Assembly (NCBI RefSeq): GCF_006345805.1
Contig: NC_043002.1
Coordinates: forward strand, 20,770,001 to 20,834,000
Source of the DNA: Octopus sinensis
Lineage: Eukaryota
DNA length: 64,000 nucleotides
Direction of reading: 5' to 3'
The notes under the pieces are model-generated. The model did not search any database, had not been told where the DNA came from, and saw nothing but the letters and a program-made list of their open reading frames with translations. Both the position numbers and the translations under genes were made by a program. Of the stretch, positions 36,499-50,203 are shown piece after piece (the stretch's first letter is position 1; every line of letters starts with the position of its first letter).

Positions 36499-36865
36499 AG
36501 GAGTGACTGCGCGGTAAGTAGCTTGCTTACGAACCACATAGTTCCGGGTTCAGTCTCACTGCGTGGCACTCTGGGGAAGTGTCTTGTACTATAGCCTCGG
36601 GTCGACCAAAGCCTTGTGAATGGATTTGATAGACGGAAACTGAAAGAAGCCCGTCGTATATATGTATGTGTGTGTCTGTGTTTGTCCCCACCAACATCGC
36701 TTGACAACCGATGCTGGCGTGTAACTTAGCGGTTCGGCAAAAGAGACCGATAGAATAAGTACTAGGCTTACAAAGAATAAGTCCTGGTGTCGATTTGCTC
36801 GACTAAAGGCGGTGCTCCAGCATGGCCGCAGTCAAATGACTGAAACAAGTAAAAGAGTAAAGAGC
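36499..36865 (+). mobile_element. Full composite CORE-like SINE
   Basis: Head, short TA/TG linker, 3' module ending GAAACAAGTAAAAGAGTAAAGAG. Confidence 0.88.
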
Positions 36866-37003
36866 ATATATATATATATATATAATATATATTATTAATA
36901 ACAAAGGGTAAAATTAATTAATTAAGAAGTAATCAAGGCTGCTATTTCTAAAATTCGGTATGTGTAAAGCAAATCTTTGCTGAAGCCTAATTATTATACA
37001 TAC

Positions 37004-37042
<39 letters not shown>

Positions 37043-38360
37043 AGTTGTTTATATTGCCATCGTTTCATTTTCAGTTATGTTTGGAGTATCAAGTGGTAAA
37101 GTGGCTTTCTGGGTATCTAAATGTTTATTAAAGAGATTTTCAGAAATACTTATATGGACGTCTGATTTACTCTTATCGGTGATATACTAATGGCTTATAA
37201 AGACGCCGTTGGTAGGAGGGAGACGGACATTAGGTTTGTTACAATCGCATATAGAAGAGGTTTTAATATTCGCGCTAGAAGCAGTGAAGTTTTTACTGCA
37301 ACATTTAACACTAGCTTTATTATAGGGCTAATGATATTCATGATCTAGAAGGAAATCTTTATCTACGAGGATAGGGAAAATCCTGGCAACACTGGAACAA
37401 AAATTTAAACTATACGCTGGATTACATCGTATAATAATATTTCTTATTTTTGGATTTATTAATATAGTGTTGTTCTATATATGAAACGTGAGTTTTAAGG
37501 GTTCCTCAAGACCCATATACTCACACAACCATCACACCCACCCACACATGTAGGACGGGTTTTTGCACAATTTCCTCTGATAAAATTCACCGACAAGGCA
37601 CCGCACAACCCGAATCAATAATAGAAAACAGTTGCTTAAGGTTATGGTGCTGTAGGTTTGAATTCCAAAAGACCTGTTTGTGACCAAACTTCTTATTCTC
37701 TCAGCTATGCCTGCAGCTGTATGCAGAATACTCTCTTACAAAATCTCCCCACCTTCCACTCGTTAACCATTTGTGAGTGTGTATGTATGTACGTATGTAT
37801 GTATATGTGTGTGTGTGTGTGGGGGGTAACCATTTGCTTATCTGTCTCTCTCCATATGTAGGGGCGTATGTGGGTGAATGTATGTCTACTTGTAGGTACG
37901 TTCGTATATATGTACGTATACAAGTATGTATGTTTTGTATGTATGTATATATGCACGCATGTATTTTGTATATGTATGTATGTATGAATGGATGTATGAC
38001 ATGCGTCTGTCGTTGTGCGAGTGTTAACTGATAAAACTGGAAGTGCTTAACTAGATGAAAGCACAGATAGAAAGAATGTATGCACTAGACCGAACAACTT
38101 CCTTAACGACATTCCACTTAAAAGCAACACCCCCTACCGCCAACACTGAGATGTACATTCCAAGAATCTCCTTCATTTCCTCAATTTCCATAAACACACA
38201 CACACACATACACTTACATACATACATATATGTATATATAAAGGTGTGGTCATTATTTATCAAATTAATACATTTATTCTGTATTTATGCATTGCAGGCT
38301 CTGCCTCAATTGTAGTTTTCCATTGTTTTACTACATGAAATAAAAAAAATATTCATTAGC

Positions 38361-38394
<34 letters not shown>

Positions 38395-38416
38395 GCTAAT
38401 GAATATATATATACAT

Positions 38417-38449
<33 letters not shown>

Positions 38450-39179
38450 CATTTAAGACATAGGAGTCCAACTCTTGTATTCATCTCCTTTCATTTTTAT
38501 TTTATTATATTTTGCTTGTTTAAACCATTGGACTGCAGCTATGGTGAGACATCGCCTTGAAGGTTTCACTCGAAGAAATCGGCTCCAATACTATTTAAAG
38601 TCTGGTACTTATTCTATCTTTTTATTGTTTCTTTTTTTTTTGCCGCACCGCTAAATTACGGGGACATAAACAAATCAACACTGGATGTCATCATACATAT
38701 ATATATATGTACATATATATACATACATATATATATTATATATAATATATATATATATATATATATGTATACAACACACACACACTAAATAATAATAGAT
38801 TCAATGATATCTTTGCAAGTATTTTCTCGTGAATTATTTGCTCCGTATGTATATATATATATATAAATTTTATTTCGTAATTATATAATAAACATCCTAG
38901 AAACAGCTGTAAGACCTATCTATAAATGTTCTAAAATCTATACACCCTTGGTTTTTTATCTCATTATGAAGTAAAATTTTATATACACACGCTGACATAT
39001 GATCAGCGTTGAACTCCTTATTCGCATAATCACAGAACCTGGAACTTAACTGTGGTCCATCTATAGCACTTATTCAGCACTACCTGACACCTTTGGGTCT
39101 CATTGACACCATTACCTCTCATAATATATATATCATCATCATCATATCATATACCCAGGCTATTCCCCATCTTTTGTGA

Positions 39180-39490
39180 GGGAGCAGCCACAGCAAAACA
39201 CAAACACTCACCATATATTCCATTCATTTCCAAGCTTAAAGGGGTGATCCTCGTTCTATGTTCGGGTCAAGGACATTGAACGCAACCCCCAATATCAGCA
39301 GCGGGGTCTGACAGCATATGCCGGTTTACCCACACTGCATCATGCTGGTTCTGTACCCGTTTGAGCAATATCAATATTCACTCATCCGTCCACAAACACT
39401 CTCCAAGCTTTCCTGTCATTTACAAACTCTCTTGCCTCTCTCATTCCAACATCTCTAACCACTAAAGCTTTCCTCACTCCATCCATTCAC
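39180..39490 (-). mobile_element. RTE-type LINE 3' end
   Basis: WMDGVRKALVVRDVGMREAREFVNDRKAWRVFVDG* (DR..WR C-terminal motif), followed by UTR. Confidence 0.7.
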
Positions 39491-39559
39491 TCATGTATGT
39501 ATATCTATTATATATGTAAGTATATGTATGTATGTATATATATATATATATATATATAT

Positions 39560-39594
<35 letters not shown>

Positions 39595-39597
<3 letters not shown>

Positions 39598-39896
39598 CAC
39601 GTGATCACGTGACCGACCAGACCATCAGATGTTGCTACACATCGCTGGTCATAATGCGTTCGCATTGTTTTAGCCTTCGAACGACGCCACTCCGTTGGCT
39701 AAGCGAGCGGGCCAACAGAAGAAAGTGGGAGAAAGAGTGGTGAAAGAGTACAGCAGGGATCACCACCCTCTGCCGGAGCCTGGTGGAGCTTTTTGGTGTT
39801 TTCGCTCAATAAACACACACAACGCCCGGTCTGGGAATCGAAACCGCAATCCTCCGACCGCGAGTTCGCTGCCCTAACCACTGGGCCATTGCGCCT

Positions 39897-39899
<3 letters not shown>
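39595..39899 (-). mobile_element. tRNA-derived SINE, head H1 with tail C
   Basis: Same head as 8098 and 16786; the tail ends in tandem GTCACGTGATCACGTGAT. Tail fragments also lie at 29405-29525 and 61540-61645. Confidence 0.88.
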
Positions 39900-39972
<73 letters not shown>

Positions 39973-40221
39973 GCACACATATACACACGCACACACATAC
40001 ACACACACGCACACACAAACATATATACACGCATGCTTTTACAAAAATGCGCGCGCACATACCTACTCATACACACAGAAACCTCCTTCTCTTACATGCA
40101 CCTGTCTTAGAACTTTTTATTCGTCCATTCCCTTCCGATCATTCCAAAATGTAACTACATATAGATTGTTGGCGATTTTTTCCCTCCGACTTCCTTTCCT
40201 TTTGACCTTTCCTCTGTCTCC

Positions 40222-40258
40222 TGTTTCTGAAGAAGAGCTTTGCTCGAAACGTAAAGCA
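40222..40258 (+). ncRNA. Minimal hammerhead ribozyme motif
   Basis: TGTTT-CTGAAGA-A-GAGC-TTT-GCTC-GAAA-CG-TA-AAGCA; all core nucleotides present. Confidence 0.6.
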
Positions 40259-40399
40259 CTCTTTCTTTCCTTCCCCGAGCGTATTTTAATAATTTGCATG
40301 TACCACGTCCTCGAGTTATGGTTTTTTCTTGTGTTTTTTCTTTTTTTTGGGGGTGGGGTGGGTGGGGGCAATATGTACATACATATATATATATATATA

Positions 40400-41325
40400 T
40401 CAGTTGAATAAAGTTAGAACATGGTTTGGTTTTCACGTTTTTTTATTATGCTACTTTAACATTAAAAAAATACTTTGTAATATTCATAAAGTTCAATTTA
40501 GCACTTTAATACGTTCGTAGTGATCATCAGATTTCAAAATGTATTTATCTGACAGTTGAGTTCTTGACAACTGTAGTACTCCTTAGAAAGCTCCAATAAG
40601 ACAAAATTCAACATGAACAAGCAGGATAAAACATTCACAGTCTCCAAGTGTAATGATAACAGATGTAAAATGTGTCAATACATGCATACTGTGGATCTTT
40701 CAGAACAAATAAATGGACAGATTTTCGCAAGGTCAAACATGAACTGCAAAAGCAAAAATTTGATCTACTGCATTAAATACCCGAATTGCGAAGAATTATA
40801 TATAGGCGAGACAGGGAAAGCATTATCGGACCGCTCGTGAGTTCACAGACAACAAATCGAGAACACCGATGTTCGCCAAATTCCATTGAGGGAACATATA
40901 GAGACATGTCGTCAGAAAATGTTTCTTATTTTTCCTTTCAACAAACTGCATGACACAAGTGAAATTGGAAGCAAGATAAAAGAAAAAGGGTTTATCAAAA
41001 TGTTCAAACCTGTTCTGAACGGAAATACTAACAATAATATAATAAACAGTTAATAATATCTTTAACATATGAATATAAACAAATTACAGAATATCGGCAA
41101 ACCGTCACGTTTAAGCTGCATGCGGATTGGTCAAAACCATATTCCAAAAATTCAGCTTGTTGGAGCATTCTAAGAGGTAGTACAGTTGTCAAGAATCTGA
41201 TGATTACTATGAACGTATGAAAGCGCTAACTGAACTTTATGAACATTACAAAATATTTTTTAATGTTAAAAATACCATAATAAAAACGTGAAAACCATAC
41301 CATGTTTCAATTTTATTCAGATATA
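40400..41325 (+). mobile_element. 5'-truncated Penelope element: inverted pLTR, GIY-YIG endonuclease, pLTR
   Basis: CNDNRCKMC...CKSKNLIYCIKYPNCEELYIGETGKALSDRS*VHRQQI...KMFKPVLN; 40400-40600 is the reverse complement of 41150-41325. Confidence 0.9.
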
Positions 41326-41820
41326 TAATTCTATACACATTCACACAAATTCGGAATATATATATGTTTCTATGTGTGTGAATGTGCGTGTGTGCGTATG
41401 TGTGTGTGCGTGTGTGTGTATGTGTGTATCTATGAGCCTATGTGCGCGGGTATCTGTGTATCTGTGGTGTGTGTATATGCCTCTTCATACGTGTAACAAT
41501 CAGTCGAAGACTGAACCAAATCATCACCAGTTTAAATCAATGACTATCAAGTTGCCATCAACTGGAACCGACCGTGCAGCAGCTACAATTTTTCGCCGAC
41601 AGGATGCGAATTATCGGTCGTTCGTTCCGCAGATAAAGCAGCGCCCAATCGACTCACAAAAAAAAAGACATTGTATTCATCACAAGATGCATACAAAGAG
41701 GTCATTAGAAGCCACTCCACATTCTGCCAGTCGTCACAAGACAGTCTACTCTCCACTCCCGATTCATCCTTTTGGCAATCACTGTCTTGTTTGGTTTCTT
41801 GGTGTATGTGTGTATGTGCT

Positions 41821-41920
41821 NNNNNNNNNNNNNNNNNNNNNNNNNNNNNNNNNNNNNNNNNNNNNNNNNNNNNNNNNNNNNNNNNNNNNNNNNNNNNNNN
41901 NNNNNNNNNNNNNNNNNNNN
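41821..41920. other. Assembly gap (100 N)
   Basis: Run of n. Confidence 1.
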
Positions 41921-42170
41921 CCGCCTTAACACTTTCTGTTCTACTTAGAAGCCAGATCCTATTTATAATATCATGCTCTCAGAATATCTAAAAACCATAT
42001 TATCCCAAAGACACCTAAAACCATATTAGACGCAAGCACTATTTATTCTCATCCCAACGCATTTATGAAAGCAAGGATAAATTACTCTACTTTATTTCAC
42101 AAACATTCAAGCTTTAACTCTTTGTGATCACTTCTCTTTTTTTTTTCCTATTAAGTGTAATATTACTTAC

Positions 42171-42320
42171 GTAAAGTACCGACGGTTGCAGCAGAAGAAA
42201 CGTAAAGTGCAAGATGTAGGCAGAGATAAATGAAATGGTTGACATGTACGTAAGCTGCATAAAGCAGAGTCGATAAATTGGTCGCTGGATTTAAAACCAG
42301 CGTCTCGTAAATTCGTAAAA
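42171..42320 (-). other. Candidate internal exon (150 nt)
   Basis: Acceptor tttgctttccatttcactcttttcgcttcccactttAG and consensus donor GTAAGT; length divisible by 3; two open frames. Confidence 0.4.
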
Positions 42321-42359
42321 CTAAAGTGGGAAGCGAAAAGAGTGAAATGGAAAGCAAAA

Positions 42360-42426
42360 CGCAACATACATACGCATGCGCATACATACATACATACATA
42401 CATATGCACATACATACATACATACG

Positions 42427-42458
<32 letters not shown>

Positions 42459-43012
42459 CACATACATACATACATACACCATACATACACATACATACAT
42501 TATGCAATACATACATAACACGTACATACATAATACATCTATATACACACACACATACATACATACATACATACATACATTACATACATACATACAATAC
42601 ATACGTACATACATACATACATACATACATACATACATACATACATACACACATACATACATTTACATATATGTATATATGCACACACATATGATATATA
42701 TATACATACACACATATATGTATGTATGCATGTATACATACATATATATATGCACAGTATATACATACATATATATATGTGTGTGTGTTTGTATGTGTGT
42801 GTATGTGAGTGTATACATATACATTTATAGTACTCATATACACTTACCTACATACATGAGCACACATACAGGCACATATTCATATACGTACACATGTACA
42901 CATACACGTATATGTGTATATATAAGTATAGACATATATATATGTGTGTGTGTATGTGTGTGGGTGTGTGTGTACATACATGTATGTATGTATGTATGTA
43001 TGTATGTATGTT
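42360..43012. repeat. Long compound (CATA)n/(TA)n/(TG)n tract
   Basis: Read directly. Confidence 0.95.
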
Positions 43013-43749
43013 CGTAAGTACGAGCAATGAGAAGAACAAAATACAAAGTGATAAAAGCGTAGCTAAAAAAAAATGCAATACTGAATGAAGCAATATAAAT
43101 AATGGGCGTGGTGGCGCTGTGGTTGCAAAAAGATTTGTCTGGAAATACCGTCAGTTTCTTTTGAACGGATATCATCTGAAGATACCTTTTCAGTAATTTG
43201 ATAATCTCCTAAGTCAGATCTCAAAATCTTTTAATTAATCCTGTTTTATGTTTCTTTCAGTTCCTATCTTGTCATTTCATAATACCGAAAGATTATCGTA
43301 GTAAATCTTTAATCTTATTTTTTGTTTTCTATATAAGTTACTTTTTCCCCGTAACAGATATTTTCTCGTTTCGGTTGCTCTTTTCCGCCATTTTGTTCGG
43401 CATTTGAGGGCCTCGGATTGGCAGAATGGGTAGAGCTGCGATCAAATTGCCATGCGGTATTTAATCACATCTCTTTGTTTTCTGGGTTCAAATACCGCTG
43501 AGATTGATATTGCTTTCTATAATATCGAGTTCAATAAAATAAATGCTACAGGTACAGGTGAGACTGTGTGGTAAGAAGAATGCTTCCCAACCACATGGTT
43601 CCGGATTCAGTCCTATTGCGTAGCACCTTCGGCAGGTATTTTCTATTATATTCTCGGCCCGACCAAAGCCTTGTAAGTGGATCTGGTAGAAGGAAATCGA
43701 AAGAATCCATCGAATATATATATGTGTGAATATGTGTGCTTCACAGCCC

Positions 43750-44418
43750 ACCGTCACAGCCTTCTTCATCCTCTCGGTAAAACGACTGCCTCTGAAGTTC
43801 TCTATCAGCTTCTGGAGCAACCAAAAGTCACAGTGAACAAGGTCGGACTGTCAAGTAGTTGGTTACCAGGAGGCTTGTCACTGAGCACCCTGGCTACAAA
43901 CTTTGCACAAATTTCGCGCTTTTTAAAATCTCCACGAATAATTCTGTGTACAACTGTCACACCAGCTCCAAATTGTATGCTTATTGCCTTCATAGGAACA
44001 CAAAGGTCTTCATTCAAAAATTTTTTATTTTTCTCAACCAGCTCTGATTTTCTGATGTCCTTTTTCCTCCTACGCTTCTCATCGTCTTTTGCTTCCTCTC
44101 TACCGTCCTTCAACCGCTTGTGCCAGCGAAAAAGTTTATATATAAGCACTTTGGAGCATTTCATAAGTTCCTGCAGCATTTTTGTCCAGTTTAACAAAAA
44201 GATTTATTGATTTGTGAACTTCTAAACCATCTTATTACATTCAGCTGTGAGAGCAGTGTTTTGTAAGCTGTATTCAAAGTAGTGTTATAACCATTTCCTT
44301 TATGGCAGGTCAGATTATTAGACGTATAGTAATGATGTACAAAAATTGCAATAATCTAGAACAGTTATAACTTCCTCTACTAAAAGAAGTCTTAAAACTT
44401 CTGGGATACTTCCTTTAT
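43750..44418 (-). mobile_element. Internally deleted mariner
   Basis: FRWHKRLKDGREEAKDD...VHRIIRGDFKKREICAKFVARVL joined to a frameshifted SDLVHCDFWLLQKL; TIR-like end near 44418. Confidence 0.85.
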
Positions 44419-45138
44419 ATATATATCAATAAGGAGCAAATAATTCACGAGAAAAATAATTCACGAAAAATAATTTGCGAAGATATCATTGACTCTGTTA
44501 TTATCTAGTGTGACAATTTTAAAATGATAATAGCAGAATCAATAATATAGGCGATTGTAGCCCCACCCCGCCCCGCAAAGCATTAAATAGCTGAAAAATT
44601 AAAATTAATCAAAGGACATACTAAGTATGTCTACCTGCTGGAAATAACAGTCAAAACTCTTATTTAGATCACCAAAATACTCAGATAATAACTACAGAAA
44701 TCAACCGTCCGAAGGCAAACGGGCCAAGACAATCTCTCAGCATGCATTCAAGTATCTGGATTCACGTGGACCGGTTTCTGGACTGGCCTAATAACTGGCC
44801 TAATAACCTCCTCTGCTTGCGTTACCATGATAAATAAGAGCTTTGACTGTTATTTACAGCAGGTAGACCTGCTTAGTGTGTCCTTTGATTAAGGACATAC
44901 CCGTCTGTACTCTTTCACCACAACTTTCTCTCACTCTTTCTTCCTGTTTCTGTTGTACCTGTATTTCAAAGCGCCAGCCTTGTCACACTCTGTGTCACGC
45001 TGAATCTCACGAGCAGACGGTTCCGTCGTTGATTGGATCGACTGGAACCCTCGTCGTCATATATATATATATATTGATAAAAATGGTAAGATAACAAAAG
45101 AAAGAAAGAGACCTCGATATTATGTAAATAGAGGAATT

Positions 45139-45308
45139 TATCTGTAAATGTAATATGTGACAATTATTCGGTACCCATGATAAAACTCCGAGTTTCGGAT
45201 GCCAAGGTGGAAATCCACGCCGCCATCTCTTCAATTATCTTGCCATCGGAAAAACTCGAAGTTTTATCATGGCTACCGAATAATTATCACATATTACATT
45301 TACAGATA
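45139..45308. repeat. Foldback with ~68-bp arms
   Basis: TATCTGTAAATGTAATATGTGA... / ...TCACATATTACATTTACAGATA. Confidence 0.9.
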
Positions 45309-45819
45309 TATATATATAAATTAAAACTGAATAGAAGATCGGAAATCCACCTGACGAATGTCATTTGAAGACATGAAACAATTGTAGTGGCGATTTATTT
45401 ACTTTATATTGAATTTTTTTATGTATTGATTAAGTCTTTCCTTGTTTGATTTGCAAAATAGTGGTTTTGTCTCGAATTAATATTATATATATATATATAC
45501 ATAAGCAAAACAGCTAGTTGCAAAATCTCACGAGGAGACAAGAGGAGTAACTATATTAAACAGTAAAGCCAGTCGCCACATCGAAAGTGACTGTTGAATG
45601 TCACAACTAGTTTAACCCCAGGCAGTTTCTCCGCCAGCTGGTTATCGGTGCGACTCTGCACCCTTTATATACAATATATTGTTAGCGCTAGCAGACTCTG
45701 ACTATCGCTTTGGCCAAATAGCTCGAAACTGCGTCAATCTCGCGATTTTGATACCTGCTTGAGAATGGAAGGGGATCGCTCCACTGGCTTTAAGGGTATT
45801 TGCGAAAGGTCTGGTTGGA

Positions 45820-45975
45820 GGCCCAACACTCCGAGTTCTTTTACAGAGCTTAGGAAGGACCACTGCAATGAGTGTGTGAACCTGAGAGGGGAATATGTTG
45901 AAGAAAATCATAATTTACTGATCCTTCTGTATTTTCTTTTACCCAAAGCCAAGAACTTTTCAGCACCCACCTCAT
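45820..45975 (+). mobile_element. Mariner 3' terminus
   Basis: CVNLRGEYVE followed by TIR-like AACTTTTCAGCACCCACCTCAT. Confidence 0.7.
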
Positions 45976-46027
45976 GTGTGTGTGTATGTGTGTGTGAATG
46001 TACGTGTATATATATATATATATTATA

Positions 46028-46085
<58 letters not shown>

Positions 46086-46516
46086 GCATGCATAACAAAC
46101 ACAAAACACATACGCATACAATATTCCTTTATGTAAACATAAATGAATGCATGGATATATATATGTATGCATGCACGCTTGCATGCATGTGCGTGTATGT
46201 ATATCTATATGATGTATGTAGATTTGTCAGTCTTCTTAAGTGGAAGATGTAAACTAAACTAAAAGCAAAGTGAAGTGATATGGAAATATACACTTGTGTT
46301 AAAATCTTAAAATTGACAAACTAAAGCGATATAAAATGTCAAGTATAAGAATATAATGATGACGACGAGTGAAAAGATATGAAAGAAGGTTATGAGTGTA
46401 GATGATGCGATAGCTTCTCCTTGCTGAAAGATTTGGTACACTGCTTTTCAATTCCCATGGTCACAAAATTGTCTTTATTAAAAAAGGAAAGAAAAAACAA
46501 AAAGAAAAAAATCCGC

Positions 46517-46555
<39 letters not shown>

Positions 46556-46719
46556 CATACATACAGATTCGCAAACATACATACATACAATTGTTTGTTT
46601 GTTTTCCACCTGCCTTCGTCTTCTTTTGTCTATTTTCATAAAGCTTCCCGTTATATATTATACCACATATATAATAAACACACACACACACACATATATA
46701 TATATACATATATACATGC

Positions 46720-46904
46720 ACATACGTGTGTGTGTATATATATATATATAATGTATGTATATATATATGTATGTATATATATATGTATTGTTTGATATAT
46801 ATATATATGTATATATGAATGTATATATATATGTATATATGTATATATATATGTATAATATATATATATATATATGTATATATATGTTATATATATATAT
46901 ATAA

Positions 46905-46938
<34 letters not shown>

Positions 46939-46994
46939 TATGAATATTATGTATATATATATATATTATATATATATATAGAATATATATATAT

Positions 46995-47048
<54 letters not shown>

Positions 47049-47050
47049 TA
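46720..47050. repeat. Long imperfect (TA)n
   Basis: Read directly. Confidence 0.97.
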
Positions 47051-47376
47051 TATGTAATGTATGTATGTATGAATGTATATATCAATCATTGTTGCCTTCG
47101 CATTGAACGTATCAGCCGAGGAGATAAACAAACAACTGTGAATTTTCGTTGTAGAAATTTTTACTGTTTGTGTCAGTGTTTTTAGTTTAAGGTGTCACAT
47201 AAAAATGTTACACGTAAAATCGTTCGTGCAAAGATTGCTATAAATATCATAATATCATGTATGCTTTCCATCATGGTAATATATACGTTTTCGGGGCCAG
47301 CACATACTCACACCTACACGCACGCACACACACATACACGCATGCGCTTCATGGACGCACGGGTGTATATATGTTC

Positions 47377-47417
<41 letters not shown>

Positions 47418-47604
47418 TGTGTGTGTCTGTGTGTGTCTGCGTGTCTGTGTGTGCGTCTGTGTGTGTGTGTGCGTGTCTGTGTGCGTATGTGTGTCTGTCC
47501 GTATGTCACTTATATATAAATTGACAGTTTAGCTGTGTTTCGCCTTCTGGCTATCGCTACTGTCTTTGAAATTGTTCATCAAATTATTGCCTGCCTGAAC
47601 CATG

Positions 47605-47653
<49 letters not shown>

Positions 47654-47654
<1 letters not shown>

Positions 47655-48149
47655 TAGTGGTACCCGTGAATATTTCAGAGAATTGATGGTAAACTTTTTG
47701 GGTGATTTCTGGAAACTTTATCAAAAGACTTGAAAGCGTAACCTGTGTTGTGTCTGTATCAAATGATAATCGCTCATCTGCTACTCATTGAAAAGTGAAA
47801 GAAATTGGAATACGATGATTACTTAATGCATTTTATATACTTTATGCACAATTTTATAGACTTTATACACAGCACTCTCCCTCTTTCTCTCTCACTCTTT
47901 GCCTTATCCTCTCTTTCTCTCGCTCTTCGCCTTTCAACTAATCGAGTGAAAATTTTACAGACGAGCTAAGTAACGGAAGTAAAAAACAAAATCTTAGAAA
48001 AAATTACACATTTTACTCACCACCACCTCTCTCCCTCCCTCCCTTTCTTCCCCCTTCCTCCCCCTTCCTCCCCCTCCCCCCTAACTAATCCCGTGAAAGC
48101 GTTACGGACGGGCTAAATAACAGAAGAACAAGCAGAACTTATTATAAGA
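47654..48149 (-). mobile_element. Non-autonomous Helitron-like element, second family
   Basis: Minus strand A|TCTTATAATAAG start and CGGGTACCACTAG|T end, next to (TA)n; no TSD. Confidence 0.6.
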
Positions 48150-48468
48150 TACTTGTATATGTTTCAAAACCTTTACATACATACATAAACACACACACAT
48201 ATATAAATACACACACACATATATATAGATATGTGTACATATATAGGCATGCATCGGACACCACATCTACGCGCTTATACATCGAGTATACACGCATTCT
48301 CGCCTGCAAATCCCCTTCAAAGACCGACCAGACATCGAGGGAGCAAAAGCTTCATGTTCAGCCATGCACTCCAAGAAATTCTCCCTTTTGATGTATCTGG
48401 TGTCGCTGCAATATGCATCTAACTTCTAACAACACCCTGTGACTTGCTTTGAGCAATCTCAGCCCAAT

Positions 48469-48599
48469 TTCCGGTAGCCATCTTGGACTTCATTCATCTC
48501 TTCATTCGGTTAACTGAGCCCGGCGTGCTAGGTTTCTGTAAGAAGCCGACGAAACTTTAATTCGCATGAAGTCCAATCAAACTATTTTAAATAATATAT
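48469..48599. repeat. ~130-bp segment duplicated at 50366-50500
   Basis: TTCCGGTAGCCATCTTGGACTTCATTCATCTC...GAAGTCCAATCAAACTATTTTAAATAATATAT in both copies. Confidence 0.92.
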
Positions 48600-48718
48600 A
48601 TATATACATATATAGACAAAGATGATATCGGCAGAATTTGAACTCAGAACGTAGCGAGGGGCGAAATAAAGCTAATTTTTTTATTCAGCGCGCCAACGAT
48701 TCTGCCCGGCTCGCCGCC

Positions 48719-48719
<1 letters not shown>

Positions 48720-48774
<55 letters not shown>

Positions 48775-48888
48775 TAATAATAATAATAATAATAATATAT
48801 AAAATAATAATAATAATAATAATAATATAATAATAATAATAATTAATAATAATAATAATAAATAATAATAATATAATATAAATACTAC

Positions 48889-48924
<36 letters not shown>

Positions 48925-48996
48925 TAATAATAATAATATAATAATAATATAATAATAATAATAATAATACAATATAATAATAATAATCTAATATAA

Positions 48997-49074
<78 letters not shown>

Positions 49075-49109
49075 AATAATTAATAATAATAATAAATAAT
49101 AATAATATC

Positions 49110-49158
<49 letters not shown>

Positions 49159-49159
49159 A

Positions 49160-49206
<47 letters not shown>

Positions 49207-49230
49207 TATAATAATAATAATAATAATAAC
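48720..49230. repeat. ~500-bp imperfect (AAT)n
   Basis: Read directly. Confidence 0.97.
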
Positions 49231-49461
49231 CTTTGCGAGCCCCTCAACATAGGCTGAAACAATTGTCTGAATAAACTGGGACATTTATATTACATCACCA
49301 TCACCAACCACTACCACCGCAACCACCAACACCATTATCATCATCAACCACCACCACCATCACCACCACCACCATCACTACCGTAAAACTGCCCTATTTA
49401 GAACATAAGCACCTCTACCACTACCTAAATACTGAGGACATCAATTGTGATGTTGCTGCTG

Positions 49462-49500
<39 letters not shown>

Positions 49501-50167
49501 TCACCACCACCACCACCAAATGCACTTCCATTACCTCTTCTGTATCATCAGACGTATTGCAGCACTTGTCACTCTCCGTCACCACCCACAGTAGCAGCAG
49601 TAATGCAACCACCACCATCTCTACTACTACCACCACCACCACCATTACTGCTATCTCCACCATATGTTCTGTCACTACCGCTAACCCCTACCGTTATTAG
49701 AACTTCTACAGCTACTGACACCACCACCCCACCACCACCACCACCATCGCCGCCTCCACCACCACTGCCTCCACCACTTCTACTACTATTAACACTAACA
49801 TCAACACTATTAGCTCCATTGTCACGACGGCCCCTCCCCACTCACAACCGCACCCAAGCTGCCCCACTCTTACGTAAGAAAATAACCCTATGCCAACTCA
49901 TCACAAAGAACTTAGTCACAGACGGTCAATTAAGGCCGCGCGCACACACACATACACACATACACACACACATACACACACACGCATACGTATATTCTTT
50001 TGTTCGCTTATTCGGTCATTAGACAGCAGCCATGCTCGCGTGCGGTTTTCAATGGTTAGCCGATCATATCGAACTCTGTTCGCACTACAGTCTGGCAGAT
50101 ATTTATTGATTTCTAATTGTCGAAACCGAATGCAACGGGATACAATTAAAACAACAATCTCTCTCCT

Positions 50168-50203
<36 letters not shown>

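Noticed and set aside
49447-50022. 191-aa ORF resembling a signal peptide plus proline-rich protein
   Set aside because: The poly-L and poly-P runs come from (CTA)n and (CCA)n decay, and the ORF runs into a (CA)n tract.
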